A stretch of 64,000 bases of DNA from Akkermansiaceae bacterium. Lineage in GTDB: Bacteria; Verrucomicrobiota; Verrucomicrobiia; Verrucomicrobiales; Akkermansiaceae. Of this stretch, positions 7,698-15,990 are shown piece after piece (position 1 is the first letter of the stretch; every line of letters starts with the position of its first letter). The notes beneath the pieces are model-generated. The model did not search any database and was not told where the DNA came from. It worked only from the letters and a program-made list of their open reading frames with translations. The DNA is taken from positions 2,047,263-2,111,262 of the forward strand of contig JAXGLL010000001.1 in the NCBI GenBank assembly GCA_040769225.1. Reading direction: 5' to 3'. The position numbers were made by a program, and so were the translations under genes.

Positions 7698-10600
7698 ATG
7701 AATCATCTCGGACGACGCTTGCTGGCATGCACGCTGGTGGGATGCGGCACGGCATCCGCCGAGGTGCCCGCGCTGCGGGTCGACTTCAACTCGACCAACC
7801 AGGACGGCGGCCCGCACCCCGAGCCGGACTATCAATCGTATGACGCCGCCCACGAGGTGGCCGCCGACTTCGTCGCGGCGCGCAGCTACGACGCCTTCGG
7901 CACGAGCGTCGCGCTGAGCGTCGCGTTCCCGGACACCACCGACGCGCGGGTCGAGCAGATGATCGACCGCGCCGCCAGCAACGACGCCAACTGGCAGGGC
8001 CAGAAGCCGGCCCTGCTCACCGACTGGATCGGCGTCGACACCCGCACCGCCAACGGCGGCAACGGCAACTACGACGGCGCCACCGGCACGCCGACGCGGA
8101 TCGCCTTCACGCTCGCGGGCCTCCCGGCCGGGACCTACCAGTGGCGCTCCTGCCACCACGACACCGAGAACGTGCACTGCCGGTTCCTGGTCGAGTGCTC
8201 GACCGACGGCGGCGGCCAGTTCGGCGCGATCACGGGCCCGGAGGCCGGCGGCGCGTTCCGCATGACCGACAGCACGCCCGGCGGCACGCCGGCCTCGCCG
8301 CAGGTCTATCAGGGCACCGGCGGCCAGGACCCGGCCACCCTGCCGTCGACCGTCTCGTTTGCGTTCGCGGCCACCGCCGGCCAGGCCGTCGTGCTGCGCT
8401 TCACGCCGCTGTCCTCGGCCGACGGCGTGCACGTGCAGCTGTTCGGGGTGAACGGGTTCGAGGTCGAGCTGATGGGCGCGCCCGACGGCCCGGCGGCGCT
8501 CGCCCTGTCTAACGACCGGCTGTCGCGCACGGCGCTCGTCGGCACGCCGGTCGGGGTGTTGACCACCACCGACCCGACGCCCGGCGACACGTTCACCTAC
8601 ACCCTGGTCGCCGGCGCCGGCAGCGACGACAACGCCGAGTTCGAGATCAGCGGCGACCAGCTCGTGACCGCCCGCGACCTCGGCGGCCGGCCGGCCGGCG
8701 ACGTGCTCGGCGTGCGGGTCCGCACCACCGACGCCGCCGGCAACTACTTCGAGCAGCCGCTGGCGATCCAGCTCGTCGAGGATGCCGACGGCGACGGGCT
8801 CGAAGACCAGTGGGAACTGACCTGGTTTCCCGACCTGGCGAGCGCCGATGCCGCCGGCAACCCGGATGGAGACGGGCTGACCAACGCCGAGGAACAGGCG
8901 GCCGGCACCGACCCCACCCGCGCCGACACCGACGGCGACGGGCTCGCCGACCACCTCGAGAACGACAGCCGCGTGTTCCTCGGCCCCGGCGACCCCGGCT
9001 CCAGCCCGCTGCTCGCCGACACCGACGGCGACGGGCTCGGCGACGGCGCCGAGGTGTCCGGCGCCAACGGCCACATCACCAACCCGAACCTGACCGACTC
9101 GGACGGCGACCAGTTCAGCGACCCGGTCGAGATCGCCGCCGGCACCGACCCGAACGACCCGGCCGCCTTCCCCGCCACCCCGCTGCCGCTGGTCCTCAGC
9201 GAGATCCTCGCCCGCAACGACAACGGCCTCGAGGACGGCTTCGGCGAACGCCACGACTGGATCGAGATCCACAACCCGAACCCGGTCCCGCTCGACCTCG
9301 CCGGCTACTGCCTGACGGACGACCCGCTCCAGCCGGCCAGGTGGCGCTTCCCCGCAGTCACGATCCCGGCCGGCGGATGGCTGCTGGTGTTCGCCTCGGG
9401 CCGCGACACGGTGGACCCGCTGGGCCACCCGCACACGAACTTCCAGCTGAACGGGGACGGCGAATACCTGGCCCTGCTGCGCCCGGACGGCAGCACCGTC
9501 GACGACGCCTACGCGCCGGCCTTTCCGGCCCAGTTCACCGACCTCTCATACGGGCGGGTGACCGGGGCCGGCTCCGGGTTCTTCGCCGTGCCCACCCCCG
9601 GCGCGGCCAACGGCGCCGCCTACCCCGGCGTCGTCAACGACACCCGCTTTGACCACGACCGCGGGTTCTACAGCGAGCCGTTCACGGTCGCGATCACCTG
9701 CGCCACCGCCGGGGCCACGATCCGCTACACCACCGATGGCTCGGCCCCCTCGCCGACCAAGGGACTCGTCTACACCGGCCCGGTGCCGGTCACCGGCACC
9801 ACCACCCTGCGCGCAATCGCCTGGCGGACCGGCTGGCTGCCGACCAACGTCGACACCCAGACCTATCTGTTCGTCGCGCAGGTCGCCCAACAGCCGGCCG
9901 CACCCGCGGGCTGGCCCACCGACTGGGGCTACGACTCCGAGGTCGGCGCGATCGTCCCGGCCGACTACGCGATGGACCCGCGCGTCGTCAACGGGGCACT
10001 GCCCGGCTACGACGCCCCGGCGGCGCTGTTAGACATCCCGAGCGTGGCGCTGGCGCTCGACCCCGACGGCTTCATCAGCGACGCCAGCGGCATCTGGGCC
10101 AACCCGCTGGCCCGCTGGGAGCGGCCGTGCTCGATCGAGTACCTCCGGCCGGACGGCGTGGACGGCTTCCAGCACGACGCCAAGGTCGAGGTCCACGGCA
10201 ACTCGAGCCGGCGGCCGTGGCGGATGCAGAAGCACTCGCTGCGGGTCACCTTCACCACCGCGGTCGGCGGCCCGCCCAAGCTCCGCTACCCGCTGTTCCC
10301 GCAGTCGCCGGTCGACAAGTTCAACAAGCTGGTGCTGCGGGCGTGCTTCAGCGACTCGTGGGGGCTGGTGTCGTGGGACACCGGCCGCTACCGCCCGAAC
10401 GACTCGCAGTACCTGCGCGACGTGTGGATGAAGGACAGCCTGCGCGCGATGGGCCACCCGTCGAGCTACGGCAACTTCGTCCACCTTTACGTCAACGGGC
10501 TCTACTTCGGGCTGTTCAACCTGACCGAGCGGCTGGAGGACGACTTCTTCGCCGAGCACCTCGGCGGCGCGCCCGAGGACTGGGAGATCAACGAGGACTT

Positions 10601-12431
10601 CAGCTCGCCGGACGCGCGCTGGAACGCGATGATGGCCGTCGACCCGTCGACCGCCGAGGGCTACGCGCAGATCCAACAGTACCTCGACCTCGCGAACTTC
10701 GCCGACTACATGCTGCTGCACCTCTACGCCGACGCGGAGGACTGGCCGCACCACAACGGCTACGCCGCGGCCAACGCGGCCAGCGGCGACGGCCGCTTCC
10801 GCTTCTTCGTCTGGGACCAGGAGATCGTGCTCGACTACCACGGCCGCGCCGCCCAGCGGATCGACCGGACCGGCGGGGTCGGCTCGCTGTTCCAGAAGCT
10901 GCGCGCCAACCCCGAGTTCCGCCTGCTGTTCGCCGACCGCGTGCGGCGCCACTGCTTCGACGGCGGGGCGCTCAGCCTCGCCGGCTCGCAGGCCCGCTAC
11001 CTCGCGCTCGCCGCCATGATCGACAAGGCGATCGTCGCCGAGTCCGCCCGCTGGGGCGACGTCGCCGCCAGCACCCCGTACGGCAACCCGGTCGAACAGC
11101 CGGACCCGGTCGACGACTACGACCACCTCCACTACCCGCCCGCCCCCAACTGGCCCGACCAGGCCGCGATCCACTTCACCCGCGAGGCGAACTGGGCGGT
11201 CGAGCGCGACAACGTGGTCAACCACTACCTGCCCGCGATCCACGACACCAACAACCCGTACGCCCTGCTCAACCTGCTGCGCAGCCGCAGCCTCTATCCG
11301 TTGCTCGAGGCGCCGGCCTTCGGCCTGCACGGCGGCCTGGTGCCCGCCGGCTATCAGCTCGCGATCGCCGCCGCGGCGGGCACCGTCCACTTCACCCTCG
11401 ACGGTTCCGACCCGCGGCTGCCGGGCGGCGCGGTCAACCCGGCCGCCGGCGCGCTGGCCGCGCCCGGCGGCTCGATCACCCTGGACGAGACGGCCACGAT
11501 CGCGGCGCGCGTGTTCGACGGTGCGGAGTGGTCGGCGCTGACCAGCGCCCTGTTCACCGTGGGGGTGGCGCCGAGCGCCGCCAACCTGGTGGTCTCCGAG
11601 ATCATGTATCACCCGCCCGACCCCGACGCCGACGCCGAGTTCATCGAGTTGATGAACATCGACCCCGCCGCGCCGGTCGACCTCGGCGGCGTGGCGTTCA
11701 CCGCCGGCATCTCCTACACCTTCCCCGCCGGCACCGTCCTGCCCCCCGGCGCGCGCATCGTCGTCGCCCGCGACCGCGACCTGTTCGCCGCCTTCCATCC
11801 GGACGCGGTTGCCGCCCTCGCCCCCGGCACCTTCACCGGAAACCTGTCGAACTCCGGCGAAACGCTCATCCTCGCCGGCCCCGACGCCCAGGTGCTCCGC
11901 TCGTTCGCCTACGGCGACGCCCCGCCGTGGCCGCCAAGCCCCGACGGCGCCGGCGACTCGCTGGTGCTGGTCGCCCCGGCCTCCAACCCCGACCACGCAC
12001 TGCCCGCCAGCTGGCGCCCGAGCACCAACCGGCTCGGCAACCCCGGCACCACCGACGCCACCACCTTCGCCGGCAACCCCGCCGCCGACCTCGACCACGA
12101 CGGCCGCCCCGCACTGCTCGAATACGCCACCGGCGGCGCGGACGACCACCCCGCGGACGGCCCGGGACTGGTCGCCGCGATCCTGACCATCGACGGCGGC
12201 ACCGGCCCGGCCGACTACCTGACCGTCTCCCACCGCCGCAACCTCGCCGCCGACGACGTCGTGATCGAGGCCCAACTCTCCACCAACCTCGCCGATTGGT
12301 CGACGCTCGACGCCGTGCTGCTCGCCGAAACCACCAACGGCGACGGCACCACCACCGTCACCTGGCGCTCGGCTCACCCGTTCGCCTCCCGCCAGCGCGA
12401 GTTCGTGCGGCTCGCCGTCCATGCGCGCTGA
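7698..12431 (+). CDS. Giant secreted CotH-family (atypical kinase fold) protein with two lamin-tail domains, thrombospondin type 3 Ca-binding repeats and a chitobiase/Fn3-like domain
   Basis: Signal peptide MNHLGRRLLACTLVGCGTASA. Repeated DTDGDGL(A/G)D motifs. A lamin-tail domain at LVLSEILARNDNG...DWIEIHNPNPVPLDLAGYCLTDD and a second at LVVSEIMYHPPDPDADAEFIELMN. A CotH core at KLVLRACFSDSWG...NFVHLYVNGLYFGLFNLTERLEDDFFAEHLGG. Confidence 0.7.
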   Translation: MNHLGRRLLACTLVGCGTASAEVPALRVDFNSTNQDGGPHPEPDYQSYDAAHEVAADFVAARSYDAFGTSVALSVAFPDTTDARVEQMIDRAASNDANWQGQKPALLTDWIGVDTRTANGGNGNYDGATGTPTRIAFTLAGLPAGTYQWRSCHHDTENVHCRFLVECSTDGGGQFGAITGPEAGGAFRMTDSTPGGTPASPQVYQGTGGQDPATLPSTVSFAFAATAGQAVVLRFTPLSSADGVHVQLFGVNGFEVELMGAPDGPAALALSNDRLSRTALVGTPVGVLTTTDPTPGDTFTYTLVAGAGSDDNAEFEISGDQLVTARDLGGRPAGDVLGVRVRTTDAAGNYFEQPLAIQLVEDADGDGLEDQWELTWFPDLASADAAGNPDGDGLTNAEEQAAGTDPTRADTDGDGLADHLENDSRVFLGPGDPGSSPLLADTDGDGLGDGAEVSGANGHITNPNLTDSDGDQFSDPVEIAAGTDPNDPAAFPATPLPLVLSEILARNDNGLEDGFGERHDWIEIHNPNPVPLDLAGYCLTDDPLQPARWRFPAVTIPAGGWLLVFASGRDTVDPLGHPHTNFQLNGDGEYLALLRPDGSTVDDAYAPAFPAQFTDLSYGRVTGAGSGFFAVPTPGAANGAAYPGVVNDTRFDHDRGFYSEPFTVAITCATAGATIRYTTDGSAPSPTKGLVYTGPVPVTGTTTLRAIAWRTGWLPTNVDTQTYLFVAQVAQQPAAPAGWPTDWGYDSEVGAIVPADYAMDPRVVNGALPGYDAPAALLDIPSVALALDPDGFISDASGIWANPLARWERPCSIEYLRPDGVDGFQHDAKVEVHGNSSRRPWRMQKHSLRVTFTTAVGGPPKLRYPLFPQSPVDKFNKLVLRACFSDSWGLVSWDTGRYRPNDSQYLRDVWMKDSLRAMGHPSSYGNFVHLYVNGLYFGLFNLTERLEDDFFAEHLGGAPEDWEINEDFSSPDARWNAMMAVDPSTAEGYAQIQQYLDLANFADYMLLHLYADAEDWPHHNGYAAANAASGDGRFRFFVWDQEIVLDYHGRAAQRIDRTGGVGSLFQKLRANPEFRLLFADRVRRHCFDGGALSLAGSQARYLALAAMIDKAIVAESARWGDVAASTPYGNPVEQPDPVDDYDHLHYPPAPNWPDQAAIHFTREANWAVERDNVVNHYLPAIHDTNNPYALLNLLRSRSLYPLLEAPAFGLHGGLVPAGYQLAIAAAAGTVHFTLDGSDPRLPGGAVNPAAGALAAPGGSITLDETATIAARVFDGAEWSALTSALFTVGVAPSAANLVVSEIMYHPPDPDADAEFIELMNIDPAAPVDLGGVAFTAGISYTFPAGTVLPPGARIVVARDRDLFAAFHPDAVAALAPGTFTGNLSNSGETLILAGPDAQVLRSFAYGDAPPWPPSPDGAGDSLVLVAPASNPDHALPASWRPSTNRLGNPGTTDATTFAGNPAADLDHDGRPALLEYATGGADDHPADGPGLVAAILTIDGGTGPADYLTVSHRRNLAADDVVIEAQLSTNLADWSTLDAVLLAETTNGDGTTTVTWRSAHPFASRQREFVRLAVHAR

Positions 12432-12508
12432 CACCGACCCCACCCCGCCCCGGCGGAAGCTGTTAGAACGGCAGCCGCCCGCGGCGCCGTGGGGGCGGTG
12501 CGGGCCGT

Positions 12509-13369
12509 TCAGGCGGAGTGCCAGCGGCTGGTGAGCGGGCCGTAGGCGTCGATGCGGCGGTCGCGGAAGAACGGCCACGCGCGGCGGAACTCCTCGACGG
12601 CGCCGAAGTCGAGGTCGTGGAGGAGGATCTGCTCCTGGTCGATGCCCGCGCGGGCGACGACCTGGCCGTAGGGGTCGGCGACGAACGACCGGCCCCAGAA
12701 CTCGATCTCGCCCTCGGTGCCGGTGCGGTTGACGGCGGCGACGAAGCAGCCGTTGGCCACCGCGTGGCCGCGCTGGACGGTTTCCCAGGCGCAGTGCTGG
12801 GCGGCGCCGAGCGCGGGTTTTTCGGCGGGCAGCCAGCCGATGGCGGTCGGGCAGACGAGCAGCCGGGCGCCGCCGAGGGCCAGCAGGCGGGCGGCCTCGG
12901 GGTACCACTGGTCCCAACAGACGAGCACCCCGAGCTTGCCGGCGGCGGTGTCCCAGACCGGCCAGCCGCTGTCGCCGGGGGTGAAGTAGAACTTCTCCTC
13001 GAACCCGGGGTCCTGGGGGATGTGGGCCTTGCGGTAGGTGCCGGCCAGCGCGCCGTCGGCGTCGAAGACGGCGGCGGTGTTGTGATAGAGGCCGGGCCCG
13101 CGGCGTTCGAACAGCGAGGCGACGAGCACGATGCCCAGCTCGCCGGCGAGGGCGGCGAGCCGGTCGGTGAGCGGGCCCGGCACCGGGTCGGCGAGGTCGA
13201 ACATCGCGGGGTCCTGGGTGCGGCAGAAGTAGGGGGTCAGGAACAGTTCCTGGGTGACCACGATGGCGGCGCCGGCGGCGGCGGCCTCGCGGGCCAGCTG
13301 CTCGTGGCGCAGCAGGGCCTGCTCCTTGGTCGGATGGGCGCGGGATTGCAGCAGTGCGAGGCGCGGCAT
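12509..13369 (-). CDS. Carbon-nitrogen hydrolase family protein (N-carbamoylputrescine amidase-like)
   Basis: LALLQ...VTQELF...YRKAHIP...GVLVCWDQWYPEAAR carries the nitrilase-superfamily catalytic E-K-C signature. Confidence 0.75.
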   Translation of the reverse strand: MPRLALLQSRAHPTKEQALLRHEQLAREAAAAGAAIVVTQELFLTPYFCRTQDPAMFDLADPVPGPLTDRLAALAGELGIVLVASLFERRGPGLYHNTAAVFDADGALAGTYRKAHIPQDPGFEEKFYFTPGDSGWPVWDTAAGKLGVLVCWDQWYPEAARLLALGGARLLVCPTAIGWLPAEKPALGAAQHCAWETVQRGHAVANGCFVAAVNRTGTEGEIEFWGRSFVADPYGQVVARAGIDQEQILLHDLDFGAVEEFRRAWPFFRDRRIDAYGPLTSRWHSA

Positions 13370-13442
13370 GCCGCAACCATGGGGCAATGCCCGCGAAGGT
13401 CAAAGGCGGAGCGCCGGCCGCGGGCCCGCCGGCCCGGGCGGT

Positions 13443-14675
13443 TCACTCGGCCCGGTGCCCGCAGTCCGGGGCCAGGCGTTCCGGCTCGGCGTCCGTTTGC
13501 ACCGCGGGACCGCCAGCGGACGCGGCGCGCAGCGCGGGCGCCGCCACCGGCGCGTCCGCCCGCAGCCGATAGAATGCGGTGGCGGCGGGCGGGGAGGGGT
13601 CGGTGCAGGAATCGAGCGTGCCGTCGCCGGCGGCCGGCCCGGCGAGGTCGTCCCACGCCTGCAGGTCGGTGCTGCGCTGCAGCCGGTAGGTGATGCCGGA
13701 GGTGGTCGGCCACGCGAACGACGGCAGTGCGAGCCCGGGTTCGGCGGTGGTGAAGCGCGCCGGCGGCACCAGTTGCCAGCCGATGTCGCGCAGCGCGGCG
13801 AGGTCGAGGTCGGTGCAGACTTGGAGCATCGTGTGGGTGCTGATCCCGCACGACGACGGGTCCATCAGCGCGATCTGGTCCAGCCCGTGGGCGCGCCCGA
13901 ACGAGCCGTGGGTGCGGCTCAGGACGTTGAGCGGGTTGTCCGGGTCGTAGCCGTCGGGATACTGGCAGACCCCGTCGTCCTGCCAATGGCTGCCGGTGCT
14001 GGTCACGGGCACCGGGCCGCCAAACGAGGCGGACGCGGCGGCGCCGGTGAAGTGGCCGGAGGCGACGAGGCCGGTCCACGATTCGCACACGCCGAAGCCG
14101 AGCAGGTGACCCATCTCGTGGAGCGCGATCGACACGAAGTCGGTGTCGGTGCCGAGCGGCCGGCCGTCGGTTTGAAAATGCCAGGTCCGCGCCGGGTCGA
14201 GGTCGAAGGTGATCTGCCCGCCCCACGGCGCAAAGTCGGTCCGCGGCACGGTCACCGCGCCGGCCTGGCCACGCCCGCGCACCCGCTCCAGCCAGGCGCC
14301 CGAGCCGCTGGCCGACCACCCGCCCGGGCCGCTGCGCCCGGTCGTGGTGCCGCCCAGGTTGCGACCGCCGACGAACACGATCAGCGTGTCCGCCGGCACC
14401 ACCAGGTCGGTCAGCGACGCGGTCGTCCCGGTCGCCGGATGGGTGAAGGTGGCTGTCCAGGTGACCCCGCCGCCGAACTCCGCCGCATTGATCGCCAGCA
14501 GCGGGTCATGGAGCAGGCCGCCGTAGAAGCCGGCCACCCGTTCCATCGCCAGCCGCGCCTCCGGTTGCGCGAAGAAACCCAGGGTGTCGTAGTCGTAGCG
14601 CACCTCGATGTTCAACCCCGGCGCCGGCCCGGCCAGGAGCGCGAGCACGACGGATGCAAATGCAGGACGCCTCAT
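13443..14675 (-). CDS. Secreted zinc metallopeptidase-like protein (HEMGH motif)
   Basis: A signal peptide and the zinc-binding motif ALHEMGHLLGFG are present. The third His of a canonical metzincin HExxHxxGxxH is absent. Confidence 0.5.
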   Translation of the reverse strand: MRRPAFASVVLALLAGPAPGLNIEVRYDYDTLGFFAQPEARLAMERVAGFYGGLLHDPLLAINAAEFGGGVTWTATFTHPATGTTASLTDLVVPADTLIVFVGGRNLGGTTTGRSGPGGWSASGSGAWLERVRGRGQAGAVTVPRTDFAPWGGQITFDLDPARTWHFQTDGRPLGTDTDFVSIALHEMGHLLGFGVCESWTGLVASGHFTGAAASASFGGPVPVTSTGSHWQDDGVCQYPDGYDPDNPLNVLSRTHGSFGRAHGLDQIALMDPSSCGISTHTMLQVCTDLDLAALRDIGWQLVPPARFTTAEPGLALPSFAWPTTSGITYRLQRSTDLQAWDDLAGPAAGDGTLDSCTDPSPPAATAFYRLRADAPVAAPALRAASAGGPAVQTDAEPERLAPDCGHRAE

Positions 14676-14769
14676 GGACGGGAAACAGGATGGGCCCTCC
14701 GATTCGATCAGTCGAGGCAGAATGCCAATACAGCCTGATTTTCATCCTTTCCCGCGCATCCCCGCCGGC

Positions 14770-15777
14770 TCAGCCGTGGCGTTCCTCCCACTCCCGCTCC
14801 TCGGCGGTGAAGTAGCGGACGCGTTCCTTCTTGAACTCGCGGAGTGAATCGAGGGCGGCCCGGCGGTCGATGCCGGTGGCCTGCGCGATCGCGGCGAGCG
14901 TCTCGCGGCACTCGGCCTCCGACCTGCCGTGGACCATGGTGAACAGGTTGTATGGCCAGTCGGGGAAGGTCGGGCGGCGATAGCAGTGGGACACGGCGCG
15001 GAAGCCGGCCATGACGGCGCCGAGGCGGTCGAGTTCGGCGGCGTCGTCCGGGCCCGCCCACACGCCCATCGCGTTGGCCCGGAACCCGGCCCGGCGGTGG
15101 TGCAGCACCGCCGCAAACCGCCGCATCCGGCCGCTGGCGAGGAAGCGCTCGTGGGTCGCGGCCAGCTCGCCGAGCGCCACCCCGAGCCGCCCGGCGATCT
15201 CCGCGAACGGCCGCTCGACCAGCACCAGGTCGCGCTGCATCTCGCGCACGAACCCGATCTCCGCGGGCGTCAACGGCACCGGCTCAGCGCCCCCGGCCGC
15301 GGCCCCCGGGGACCCCGCCCGATCGTCCGGCCGGCCCTCGCCCCCGACGTCGAAGCGCACGCCGATCTTGTACACCTGCAACGCGGGCAGCAGCCGGGTC
15401 GATTCGGCGCCCGACAGCCGGTGGAGCAACGCGACGGTGCCGGCCAGCCCGAAGCGGCTGGCTGGCCCCACCGCGATCGTGAACCACAGGTTGAACGGGT
15501 GGTTGCGCAGGTAGTTGTGGCTCACCCCGGGGTGGCCGCTGACCACCGCCGCCGCCGCCTCGACCCGCGCCGGGTCCACCCGCGCCGCCACCAGGCTCGA
15601 CCGGTAGCCAAGGCTGCGGGTGTCGAAGATCGCGCTGATCTGGCGGATGATCCGCTCCCGCTTGAGCCGCCGCACCCGCTCCAACACCTCGGCCTCCGCC
15701 AACCCGCACGCCGCGCCCAGCTCGGCAAACGGCCGCTCACACACCGGCACCCCATCCTGCAGCCGCCCTAGCAGCAT
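14770..15777 (-). CDS. Fused AhbA/AhbB (NirD/NirL-like) siroheme decarboxylase homolog, tandem Lrp/AsnC-type halves
   Basis: There are two halves. Each has an N-terminal HTH-like segment and a C-terminal SH.Y.R...FNLWFT / SHCYRR...YNLFTMVH signature. No other heme d1 or alternative heme pathway genes are nearby. Confidence 0.6.
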   Translation of the reverse strand: MLLGRLQDGVPVCERPFAELGAACGLAEAEVLERVRRLKRERIIRQISAIFDTRSLGYRSSLVAARVDPARVEAAAAVVSGHPGVSHNYLRNHPFNLWFTIAVGPASRFGLAGTVALLHRLSGAESTRLLPALQVYKIGVRFDVGGEGRPDDRAGSPGAAAGGAEPVPLTPAEIGFVREMQRDLVLVERPFAEIAGRLGVALGELAATHERFLASGRMRRFAAVLHHRRAGFRANAMGVWAGPDDAAELDRLGAVMAGFRAVSHCYRRPTFPDWPYNLFTMVHGRSEAECRETLAAIAQATGIDRRAALDSLREFKKERVRYFTAEEREWEERHG

Positions 15778-15990
15778 CCGGTCGGCAGGGTCCAGGCTGC
15801 CCCCCCCGAGGGCGGAACATCCGGAGGCAGGCGGTTCGGCGGCCACGACCAACCAGCAAACAGGTTCCAGCCCCGACGAAAAGGACGAATCCCCCCCCAC
15901 CCGCCCCGCACCCACTGATCTGCGGGATCGCCATGACGGGCGGCGGCGGGTAGTTTCCCGGTCAGCCGGCATGCCCGGCGCCACCAACAC

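Noticed and set aside
7521-13403. Large antisense ORFs (7521..9434 -, 10029..13403 -, 10127..12466 +) across the CotH gene
   Set aside because: They are stop-codon-poor shadows of a GC-rich gene, with Arg/Gly/Ala-rich repetitive translations and no domain signatures.
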